A stretch of 64,000 nucleotides of DNA from Dehalococcoidia bacterium (GCA_040877915.1 JBBDNA010000009.1:15003-79002); one strand, 5' to 3'. Numbered from the stretch's first letter, positions 18,297-26,302 are shown. Program-made: numbers and translations. Notes: a model not told the origin generated them from the sequence alone.

Positions 18297-18713
18297 ACAT
18301 TGCACCTCGAAGGCACGTCCTTCGACTACGACGACAACGGCAACCAGATTGAGCGGGGAACGGACACCTTCGAGTACGACCACGAGAACCGGCTGGTGGA
18401 GACTGTAAGCGGTACAATGATGTGGATGGCGTGTGGTGCGCAGCGTGCCTCCAATCCGATAGCTGGCGGAATATGCGTGTCCGCAGCCGGGTGGTATCTG
18501 GCAGCCACGGGCGTGAAGTATTTCCTGGCGGACAGCGCGTGTGAAAAGAAGGTTGTTCTGGGAACGGCGGTAATAGGCCTAGCGCCGCCAATCAAATACG
18601 TAGGGAGCGTCATCGCTGGATCCAGCAGCGGCTTCGAGGCACTCGGTTGTCCCACGACGGCCCACGCTTGGGGCGCAAATGCCGGCACAGCTACTACTGG
18701 CTCCAAGGAATAG
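18297..18713 (+). pseudogene. YD-repeat (RHS-family) fragment with no start codon, fused to a short Gly/Ala/Cys-rich hydrophobic tail
   Basis: It begins 3 nt after the SQR-like stop and reads LHLEGTSFDYDDNGNQIERGTDTFEYDHENRLVETVSG (two YD repeats). An unrelated lower-GC tail, MWMACGAQRASNPIAGGICVSAAGWYL..., follows. No upstream RHS body is present. Confidence 0.5.
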
Positions 18714-18716
18714 TTA

Positions 18717-19313
18717 GTGAGCAGCGACTCCGATTTGATTGGACACGCCTCATCGGAGTTCCGCGTTGTTCCAAACAACCCGGAAACGAGATTTTTGAGT
18801 ATTGCCTACTCGATCCCATTCGTCGGCATGTTGATCTTCGTCCTGGTTTCGTTCATCGCGGGCGTGGTGGGGCAGCAAGACGCTCTGATCATGGCCCTGG
18901 TTCTCGTGGTAGTGGGAGGCGCCGTAATCTTGAACATACAGCGGAATGGTCGTGGTTCAGCGGTCATGGCTTCTTCCGGGCTGGTGGTCAAAACACGCGG
19001 GTCTACAAATACCTACAGCTGGGCCGACGTCGCAGATGTCGTCCTCACGTCCTTTGCCGAGCGCGGATCTTGGGGTCGCCTGGTGAAGCGTCTTACCCTT
19101 TGGCCCGAACGAGAGCGGTTTGTGGAACTCAGATTGAAGCGCTCGCTCCGGCAAGGACTTTTGCCCGGACGGTATGGAACGAGGATTAAGGGAATACCGT
19201 TAATCGGCGGCGACCGTATCGCTCTTTACGTCGACGATCCGGCATCCTTCGTTCGGAGCGCGAAGACGCATCTTGGCGCGTCGGGAGGTGGCACCAGCCT
19301 AAGCAGCGATTAG
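18717..19313 (+). CDS. hypothetical 2-TM membrane protein with PH-like C-terminal region (candidate immunity protein)
   Basis: 198-aa ORF of visibly lower GC than its flanks, with two N-terminal TM helices followed by a soluble domain. It sits between the two RHS fragments. Confidence 0.5.
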   Translation: MSSDSDLIGHASSEFRVVPNNPETRFLSIAYSIPFVGMLIFVLVSFIAGVVGQQDALIMALVLVVVGGAVILNIQRNGRGSAVMASSGLVVKTRGSTNTYSWADVADVVLTSFAERGSWGRLVKRLTLWPERERFVELRLKRSLRQGLLPGRYGTRIKGIPLIGGDRIALYVDDPASFVRSAKTHLGASGGGTSLSSD

Positions 19314-19353
19314 AGATCCGGCGCCTCCTAGCACACCGCCGCGAGCACCTACA

Positions 19354-19806
19354 CGGCTGGCGATCCCCGGCGACAGCTACTGGCTGTTCACGGGCGAACA
19401 GTCGGATAGCGACGAGGGGCCGTACTACCTCCGGGCTCGCTACTACGACCCTGATACTGGACGACTCCTTAGCAAGGACCCGCTAAGAGGGAAGGCGTGC
19501 ACGCCACAGTCGCTCAATCGATATGCCTACGTGGAAAACAACCCCACGATTCACGTTGACCCCAGGGGTCTGCTTTGGTTGGGCGGCCGAGCTTCCAAGC
19601 AAGGCATGCGTGGCCGAATTCCTTGTGGGCACCGCCCTTGTATGCGGCTTGTGTTCAGAGGGACTCCAGTCTGGAGGAATCATATTCGCATTGCCCGCCT
19701 GCAATGCGTGCCTGACGCTCGTAGCGATCTTCATCCATGCTATCCTAGACTGTATCTGACGATGAACCGATCTCCATACGTCGAACGGCCCAAGCATTGC
19801 CGTTGA
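19354..19806 (+). pseudogene. orphan RHS core C-terminal end (PxxxxDPxGL cleavage motif) plus short tip, no start codon
   Basis: Frame 1 reads IPGDSYWLFTGEQSDSDEGPYYLRARYYDPDTGRLLSKDPL...SLNRYAYVENNPTIHVDPRGL, the conserved end of RHS/YD shells. The frame is open only from 19303 and has no ATG or GTG before the motif. Confidence 0.65.
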
Positions 19807-20064
19807 AGCTGACTCCCGGCAGATGGTACTACTGGGCAGCGCTGGCGCTTGTGGCCCTGATGTGTATCTGGGGGATGCTCATATCGTTTAGAGCAGGGCG
19901 GCGTACTCGGGCTGATCCTTGGGATATCGCTCATACCGGCGCTCGGCTTGATAATCGCGAACGCGATCCTGTGGTTCACTGTCCGTAAGGAGGCCGATGT
20001 CGTTCTGCGCAGGGTCTGGCGAGCGCTGGTGTCTCGCTTGCCCAAGCGAGACGGCGATTCCTGA
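19797..20064 (+). pseudogene. small 2-3 TM protein readable only across a frameshift (candidate decayed immunity gene)
   Basis: MPLKLTPGRWYYWAALALVALMCIWGMLISF is in one frame. GGVLGLILGISLIPALGLIIANAILWFTVRKEADVVLRRVWRALVSRLPKRDGDS* is in another and ends at 20064. Confidence 0.3.
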
Positions 20065-20343
20065 CTTCGGGACGAGCGAAGACGAACCGAAATTCGCTCA
20101 GGGTCATAGAGTTAGGCCGGTCTGAGCCCATCCTATTTTCGAGCGCAGATGCGACGGTTGGCCGCGCTTGCCGTCAACGCAGGTCGCCGGACGCTGTGAA
20201 CATATAGTTCGTGCGGCGCATCTGGTTCGCGTGCTTCAAGTGCGCGCCGCGTGACGGCGCGGAAACGATGCGCGGATGGGCCGTGTTAGCCTACCCCTTG
20301 CTCGGCGCGAGTTTGTGGCTCTACGGTGGGTGCTTAGGACGAC

Positions 20344-20574
20344 TTGCCCGACGGCTGGCTCAAACGGTCGAACGGCGATGACCAACTGACCCATCTTGAG
20401 GGCACGTCCTTCGACTACGACGACGTGGGCAACCAGACCGACCGCGGCAGCGACACCTACACCTACGACGCCGTCGGCGTTGGCCTGGGGGACTGCCTTG
20501 TTTGCGTCGTGCAGGGGTCAGCCGCGCGGCACTCTGCAAGTGCGCGATACAGCACTGACACTAAGATGGGATAG
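20344..20574 (+). pseudogene. second YD-repeat (RHS-family) fragment
   Basis: It reads ...QLTHLEGTSFDYDDVGNQTDRGSDTYTYDAVG. About 78 nt are ~78 percent identical to 18303-18380, including a 24-nt perfect core (20401-20424 = 18312-18335). Confidence 0.45.
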
Positions 20575-20647
20575 CGTGCCCGCACGGCTGCCACGCGCTT
20601 CTTGGTGATCGGGAGTCTGTTCCCGACAATCGGTTTAGGTCGCCCCT

Positions 20648-21892
20648 ATGCTCCCTTCGACTTCGCTCAGGACAGGCCCTTCGACTTCGCTCAGGACAGG
20701 CCCTTCGACTTCGCTCAGGACAGGCATCGGCTGCGTTCACGTCCCACGCTTCGCCGTTGAGGTCGAGCGCCGGCGCCGCCCCGAACTCGCGTCGCGCCTG
20801 ATCCTCATCGGCGAGACCAGCGTGTTCGATTGCTCCCTGGGCGCCCAGGCCTCCGGCGTCCGGCCCGGCATGCGCGTATCGGAGGCGCTGGGCCTGTGCG
20901 GCAAGGCTGTGCTGTTCCCGCCCGATCTCCCCCGCTACCGCCGCCGTTTCGAAGATGTGCTGGACTTCCTGAACGGCCACAGTCCCCAGGTGGAAGGGGC
21001 AGCCCTGGGCACGGCCTACCTGTCGCTCGAAGGGCTGCCCGAAGAACCTTGCCGCCTCGGCGAGCGGGTCGTCGAGGCGCTGTATAAGCAGTTCGGCCTG
21101 CGCGGTTCCTTCGGCGCCGCCGGCGGCAAGTTCACCGCCCGCGTCCTGGCCGAAACCGCCCGCGCCGGCCTCGTCAAGCTCGTCCCGCCCGGCGAGGAGG
21201 CGGCGTTCCTCGCGCCCCTGCCCGTCGACCACCTGCCGGCCAGCGATTCGATGCTCTGGCGGCTGCGGATGCTGGGCCTGGAGACGATGGGCGACGTGGC
21301 GGCGCTGCCGGAGGGCGCGTTCCAGCAGCAGTTCGGGCCGGAGGGCAGGCGTTGCCGGCGGCTGGCGCAGGGCATCGACGACGAGCCGCTGCTGCCGCGG
21401 GCGCAGGAGGAGACGGTCGTACGACGGTTGCAGCTGCCGGCCCCGGCGGTGACACTGGACGCCGTCCTCGCCGGCGTCGAGCGGTTGGTCCATGCCGCCT
21501 ACGGCGACCCCCTTCGTGGCGGGCGCTGGGTGCGCAAGGCGGTGGTGAGGGCAGCGCTGTACGGTGGTGGGGCGTGGGAGCTGCCCGTCCCCTTCCGTGA
21601 GGCGCTGGCCGACCCCGGAGACGCCTGGTTCGCCGTGAGGTGCGCCGTGGAACGGCGTCCGCCGGAGCGCCCGCTGGAGGAGCTGGAGGTGGAGCTGGTG
21701 GGGCTGAGCGGGGAGTCCGGTCGCCAGGCTTCCATGTTCGATGGCCGGGCGAAGCTGAAGGCCCAGGTGACGGAAGCCGTGCGTCAGCTACAAGCCCAGC
21801 ACGGCGAAGTCGCGCTGGGGAGAGCGGTAGAGGTGGAGCCGTGGTCGCGCATACCGGAGCGCAGGATGGCTCTCGTCGACTACGGCCCCTGA
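20648..21892 (+). CDS. imuB: ImuB-like Y-family DNA polymerase homologue (mutasome component)
   Basis: After the repeat-encoded N-terminus the sequence IGCVHVPRFAVEVERRRRPEL... resembles ImuB/DinB-like N-termini, and the UmuC-like region follows. It lies upstream of dnaE2. Confidence 0.7.
   Translation: MLPSTSLRTGPSTSLRTGPSTSLRTGIGCVHVPRFAVEVERRRRPELASRLILIGETSVFDCSLGAQASGVRPGMRVSEALGLCGKAVLFPPDLPRYRRRFEDVLDFLNGHSPQVEGAALGTAYLSLEGLPEEPCRLGERVVEALYKQFGLRGSFGAAGGKFTARVLAETARAGLVKLVPPGEEAAFLAPLPVDHLPASDSMLWRLRMLGLETMGDVAALPEGAFQQQFGPEGRRCRRLAQGIDDEPLLPRAQEETVVRRLQLPAPAVTLDAVLAGVERLVHAAYGDPLRGGRWVRKAVVRAALYGGGAWELPVPFREALADPGDAWFAVRCAVERRPPERPLEELEVELVGLSGESGRQASMFDGRAKLKAQVTEAVRQLQAQHGEVALGRAVEVEPWSRIPERRMALVDYGP
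20653..20724 (+). repeat. perfect tandem repeat, 3 x 24 bp (CCCTTCGACTTCGCTCAGGACAGG), inside the 5' end of imuB
   Basis: The three units are identical on direct reading and are translated as PSTSLRTG x3. Confidence 0.95.
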
Positions 21893-21912
21893 ACCGGCCG
21901 CGGCCCCTGCGG

Positions 21913-22128
21913 GTGGAGGCCGGCGAGGGCGGACGGCCCGCCGCCGTTCACCTGTCGAACGGGCGATTCGGTGTGGAGGAGGTGCTGGAGGTCTGGCGCA
22001 TCGACGACGAGTGGTGGCGAAAGCGCCCGCTGAGCCGGACGTACTATCGCCTGTTGCTGGAGGACGGGCGTACGGTCACGGTGTACCGGGACGAGACGAG
22101 CGGACAGTGGGCGAAGCAGGCGTATTGA
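21913..22128 (+). CDS. small conserved-looking protein downstream of imuB (SH3-like, W-rich; function unknown)
   Basis: 71 codons from GTG 21913: ...VEEVLEVWRIDDEWWRKRPLSRTYYRLLLEDGRTVTVYRDETSGQWAKQAY. The start is uncertain and no clear SD is present. Confidence 0.45.
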   Translation: MEAGEGGRPAAVHLSNGRFGVEEVLEVWRIDDEWWRKRPLSRTYYRLLLEDGRTVTVYRDETSGQWAKQAY

Positions 22129-22130
22129 GG

Positions 22131-22547
22131 TCAGCCCTCGTCGAGCCACTCGACGGTCACCAGGGGCTCGAGCCGGCGGAAGTCGGAGTCGCCGGTGACG
22201 ACGGCGGCCTCCAGGCGCTGGGCCAGGGCCGCCACGAAGCAGTCGGCGTAGCCGATGCCACTGGCTGCTTTCAGGGCTCCCGCCATGAGCGCCAGCTCCT
22301 CGTCCACATCCACAATCTCAATGCTGAGCTCACCCACCCGCGCCAGCATCTCGTGCGCTTGCTCCAGCCCGCGTTCCCTGATCGTACGGTAAAAGACTTC
22401 ACCCAAATTCACGCTGGTGATGCTCAAGGCGATCGCGTCCGCGCTGGCTTTATTCACCAACTCGCGCACTCGGGGACCACCGGTCTCGGCACGGAACAGG
22501 GCCAACAGCGCGAAGCTATCCAGAACAAAGCGTGGTCTATTGATCAC
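22131..22547 (-). CDS. vapC: type II toxin, PIN-domain ribonuclease VapC
   Basis: FVLDSFALLA (first acidic residue), the later E and D residues, and GDSDFRRLE. A 4-nt overlap joins it to the upstream antitoxin gene. Confidence 0.85.
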   Translation of the reverse strand: MINRPRFVLDSFALLALFRAETGGPRVRELVNKASADAIALSITSVNLGEVFYRTIRERGLEQAHEMLARVGELSIEIVDVDEELALMAGALKAASGIGYADCFVAALAQRLEAAVVTGDSDFRRLEPLVTVEWLDEG

Positions 22548-22810
22548 GACAGCGGCCTGGGTGGTGGCAGGTCTCGCTCTTCTAGTTCCCGTTCGCGCCG
22601 CCGCTCCTCCAGCAGGCCCTTGGTCAGCGAAGGCCCTCCCTTGAACATTCCATACGCGGCCGCGATCGGGTCTTTCGCTGCGGGAACGATCGCTATTGTA
22701 CGTCCGTACTCGATGACGTGGACCTGGTCCCCAGGCTTGATCCCGTGCCGGTCGCGAATCCCCTTCGGGATCACTACCCAGCCTTTCTTAGAAACGGTTA
22801 CCGTAGCCAT
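22544..22810 (-). CDS. vapB: AbrB/SpoVT-family antitoxin VapB
   Basis: MATVTVSKKGWVVIPKGIRDRHGIKPGD is a swapped-hairpin motif. ATG 22810 is preferred over the TTG at 22822. Confidence 0.8.
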   Translation of the reverse strand: MATVTVSKKGWVVIPKGIRDRHGIKPGDQVHVIEYGRTIAIVPAAKDPIAAAYGMFKGGPSLTKGLLEERRRERELEERDLPPPRPLS

Positions 22811-22862
22811 AAGAGCCGCCAATCGTTATACGATGCTACGAATAGTATACCCATAAAGACCC

Positions 22863-25800
22863 ATGGTATCAACACCATACGCTGAACTGCACGCCCACTC
22901 CAACTTCTCGTTCCTCGAGGGGGCCTCCCACATCGAGGAGCTGGTGCTGCGGGCGCGCGAGCTGGGGTACGAGGCCCTCGCCCTCACGGACCACGACGGC
23001 CTGCATGGAGCGATGGAGTTCGCCCAGTGCGCCCGCGCCTGGGGGCTGCGGCCGATCACCGGCGCCGAGATCACGCTGGCGGGGAGCACGGAACAGGGGC
23101 CGAGCGCCCACCTCACCCTCCTCTGCGAGAGCCAGCGGGGCTACGCCAACCTCTGCCGTTTGCTGACCCACGCCCACCTGGACCATGAGCGCGGCCACCC
23201 CTGCGTGGAGCCGGAGGCGCTGGCCCGCCATGCCGAAGGGCTGATCGCGCTGTCCGGCTGCCGGCGCGGCCAGGTGCCGTCGCTGGTGGCCCGCGGCCTG
23301 TACGGCGAGGCGGAGGCGGCGGCCCGGCGCTACATCGCGCTGTTCGGTCGCGAGAACTTCTTCGTCGAGCTGCAGAACAACCTCGTCCACGGCGACGTGT
23401 CCCGCAATCGCGCTCTGGCCGACCTGGCGGAGCACCTGGGCGTCGGCGCCGTCGCCACCGGCAACGTCCACTACCACGCGCGGGAGCGGCATCGCCTGCA
23501 GGACGTACTGGTCGCCATCAAGAACCGGTCGACACTGGACGCCTCGCACCGCGTCCGGCGTGAGAACTCGGAGTACTACCTGCGCTCGCCGGAAGAGGCG
23601 GCGGCCGCGTTCGCCGATCACCCGGACGCCGTCGCGAACGCCCTCCGCGTCGCCGAGCGCTGCCAATTCGACCTGACCCGCGACTTGGACTACCGTTTTC
23701 CGGACTACCCTGTGCCGGAGGGCGAGACGCAGGAGTCGTACCTGCGCGCGCTCTGCCAGCGGGAGGCGGAGCTGAAGTACCGCCGCGTCACCCCGGAGAT
23801 ACAGGAGCGGCTGGAGAAGGAGCTGTCGCTGGTGGAGCGGCATGGGCTGGCCGGGTTCTTCCTGATCCACCAGGAGATCTTCCAGCTGGCGCGGCAGGTC
23901 GCGGAGGAGGTGCGGGGCCGGCCGCCCAAGGGGCCGCCGGGCCGCGGCCGCGGCTCGTCCGTAGGGTCGCTCATCTGCTACCTCATCGGGCTGTCGCACA
24001 TCGATCCCGTGGCCAACAACCTGTTCCTGGGCCGCTTCCTCAACGAGGAGATGGCCTCCGTCCCCGACATCGACCTCGACTTCCCCCGCGACGTCCGCGA
24101 GAAGCTAATCCTGCGCGTCTACGAGCACTTCGGGCGGGAGCACGTGGGGCTCGTCGCCATCTTCCCGACGTACCGCATCCGCAGCGCCGTGCGGGAGGTG
24201 GGCAAGGCGCTGGGGTTGCCGCCCGCCGAGCTGGACCGGCTGGCCGAGGCCAGCGAGGGTGGCTCCGCGAAGTCGATTCGTGAGGAGATGGGGCGGCTGG
24301 AGCACTTCCGCGATAGGCTGGGCGCCGGCGGCTGGCGTCACCTGGCCGAGCTGTCGGAGGAGATCGCCGGCTTCCCCCGACACATCTCGCAGCACGTCGG
24401 CGGCATGGTCATATCGTCGAAGCCGCTGGTGGAGCTCGTCCCCCTGGAGCAGTCCGCCATGGAGGGTCGCGTCCTCATGCAGTGGGACAAGGACTCCGTG
24501 GACGACGCCCGCATGATCAAGATCGACTTCCTGGCGCTGGGCATGCTCTCGGCCGTCGATGAGACGCTGGACCTCGTCGAGCGGCGGCACGGAAAGCGTG
24601 TCGACCTCTCGCGCATCGACTTCAAGGATGACCGCGTGTACGACTCGATCTGCGCCGCCGACACGATGGGCGTGTTCCAGATCGAGTCGCGGGCCCAGAT
24701 GCAGACGCTGCCGCGGACGCGGCCGCGCTCGCTGGAGGATCTGACGGTGGAGGTGGCGATCATCCGTCCGGGGCCGATCGTGGGCGGAGCGGTCAACCCT
24801 TACATCAACCGCCGCCTGGGCCGCGAGAAGGTGACCTACGACCACCCCTCGCTGGAGCCGGTGCTGGCCGAGACGCTGGGGGTGGTGCTGTTCCAGGAGC
24901 AGGTGCTGCAGGTGGCGATGGCGCTGGCCGGGTTCAGCGCCGGCCAGGCCGAGAGCCTGCGACGGGCGATGAGCCGCAAACGCTCGCGGGAGGCGATCGA
25001 CAAGCTGCGGGACGAGTTCCTGGGGGGCTGCCAGCGCAACGGCGTATCGAGAAAGGTGGCGGAGAGCGCGTTCGGGAAGATAGCCGGGTTCGCGGAGTTC
25101 GGCTTCCCCAAGGCACACGCCGCCGCCTTCGGCCTGCTGGCCTACCAGACGGCCTGGCTGCGCCTGTACTACCCGGCGGAGTCACTGTGCGCGCTGTTCA
25201 ACGCCCAGCCCATGGGGTTCTACGGCCCGCACGTCCTGGTGAACGACGGCAGGCGTCGCGGGGTGGAGGCGCTGCCGCCGGACATCAACCTCAGCGGCGC
25301 GGATTGCAGCGTGGAGCCCTCGCCCGAGGATGACGATCGTAGGGACAGGTCTGAAGACCTGTCCTCGGACAGACCTGAAGGTCTGTCCCTACGTCTTGAC
25401 GTACGCGTCCCCGCCCCGGCGGGCGACCATGTAGGGGCGACCTTCAGGTCGCCCGATGACGAGGCGATCCCCTCCTCGGCGGGCGGTCTAAAGACCGCCC
25501 CTACAACGTTGCCCTCTGACCTCGCCGTGCGTGTCGGCCTGCGCTACGTGAAGACGCTGAGCGAGACGTCGGCGCGAGAGGTGGAGGCAGAGCGTTCGCG
25601 AGGGCCCTACCGCTCACTGTTCGATTTCCTGGAGCGGACGCGGCTCAAGCGAGAGCCCATCGAAAACCTGATCGCCTGCGGGGCCTTCGACTGCTTCGGG
25701 CTGGAGCGCCGGGAGCTGCTGTGGCAGCTCGGCCTGCTATACCGTCCGGAGGGGCGCAACGGCGTCGACCGTCAGCTGGCGCTGCCGTTGCCCACGCAGC

Positions 25801-26252
25801 AGGACATGGTAACGCTGGCCCCGATGACAGGCTGGGACCGCATGATCGCCGACTACGCCGTCCTTGGCCTCTCCCCCGGCCAGCACCCGATGTCATTCCT
25901 GCGGCCACGGCTGCACGAGGGGATCGTGGCCAGCCGAATGCTGGATTCGGTGCCGGACGGGGCGGCGGTGGAGGTGGCGGGGCTGGTGGTGTGCCGGCAG
26001 CGTCCGGGCACGGCCAAGGGGTTCGTGTTCCTGGTGCTGGAGGACGAGTTCGGGCTGGTGAACCTTGTCGTCAAGCCCGCCCTGCACGAGCGGCAGCGCT
26101 CGCTGGTGCGGGGGGAGCCGTTCGTGATCGTGCGCGGGAAGCTGCAACGCCGCGACGGCACGCTGAACGTGATAGCGGAGGGCTTCACCCCCCTGCGCGC
26201 TGCGGGAGCGCCCGCGCCGGAGGCGCACAACTTCGGTCACGGGCACAGGTAA
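22863..26252 (+). CDS. dnaE2: error-prone DNA polymerase III alpha-like subunit DnaE2
   Basis: PHP domain (YAELHAHSNFSFLEGAS, LALTDHDGLHG), pol III alpha core blocks and a C-terminal OB fold (GLVVCRQRPGTAKGFVFLVLEDEFG). It lies downstream of imuB. Confidence 0.9.
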   Translation: MVSTPYAELHAHSNFSFLEGASHIEELVLRARELGYEALALTDHDGLHGAMEFAQCARAWGLRPITGAEITLAGSTEQGPSAHLTLLCESQRGYANLCRLLTHAHLDHERGHPCVEPEALARHAEGLIALSGCRRGQVPSLVARGLYGEAEAAARRYIALFGRENFFVELQNNLVHGDVSRNRALADLAEHLGVGAVATGNVHYHARERHRLQDVLVAIKNRSTLDASHRVRRENSEYYLRSPEEAAAAFADHPDAVANALRVAERCQFDLTRDLDYRFPDYPVPEGETQESYLRALCQREAELKYRRVTPEIQERLEKELSLVERHGLAGFFLIHQEIFQLARQVAEEVRGRPPKGPPGRGRGSSVGSLICYLIGLSHIDPVANNLFLGRFLNEEMASVPDIDLDFPRDVREKLILRVYEHFGREHVGLVAIFPTYRIRSAVREVGKALGLPPAELDRLAEASEGGSAKSIREEMGRLEHFRDRLGAGGWRHLAELSEEIAGFPRHISQHVGGMVISSKPLVELVPLEQSAMEGRVLMQWDKDSVDDARMIKIDFLALGMLSAVDETLDLVERRHGKRVDLSRIDFKDDRVYDSICAADTMGVFQIESRAQMQTLPRTRPRSLEDLTVEVAIIRPGPIVGGAVNPYINRRLGREKVTYDHPSLEPVLAETLGVVLFQEQVLQVAMALAGFSAGQAESLRRAMSRKRSREAIDKLRDEFLGGCQRNGVSRKVAESAFGKIAGFAEFGFPKAHAAAFGLLAYQTAWLRLYYPAESLCALFNAQPMGFYGPHVLVNDGRRRGVEALPPDINLSGADCSVEPSPEDDDRRDRSEDLSSDRPEGLSLRLDVRVPAPAGDHVGATFRSPDDEAIPSSAGGLKTAPTTLPSDLAVRVGLRYVKTLSETSAREVEAERSRGPYRSLFDFLERTRLKREPIENLIACGAFDCFGLERRELLWQLGLLYRPEGRNGVDRQLALPLPTQQDMVTLAPMTGWDRMIADYAVLGLSPGQHPMSFLRPRLHEGIVASRMLDSVPDGAAVEVAGLVVCRQRPGTAKGFVFLVLEDEFGLVNLVVKPALHERQRSLVRGEPFVIVRGKLQRRDGTLNVIAEGFTPLRAAGAPAPEAHNFGHGHR
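25338..25504. repeat. cluster of four perfect GC-rich hairpins (two GTAGGG...CCCTAC-bounded composite units), in frame inside dnaE2
   Basis: The four hairpins are GGACAGGTC-TGAA-GACCTGTCC, GGACAGACC-TGAA-GGTCTGTCC (unit 25338-25393), GGGCGACC-TTCA-GGTCGCCC (25434-25453) and GGGCGGTC-TAAA-GACCGCCC (25481-25500). Confidence 0.85.
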
Positions 26253-26302
26253 GAGCCTACGCCTGACTGTCAAAGACCCGAGTCAATTCGCGCTCTCGCG
26301 AT

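Noticed and set aside
22811-22862. LexA box in the vapB/dnaE2 divergent region
   Set aside because: The region contains TTATAC...GTATAC, a near-inverted repeat that is a likely VapB operator or promoter. It has no GAAC-N4-GTTC or other recognisable SOS box.
25338-25504. Hairpin repeats as a possible CRISPR array
   Set aside because: There are only four short, non-identical palindromes with irregular spacing, they lie inside an open reading frame, and no cas genes are present. They fit REP/MITE-like elements, not CRISPR.
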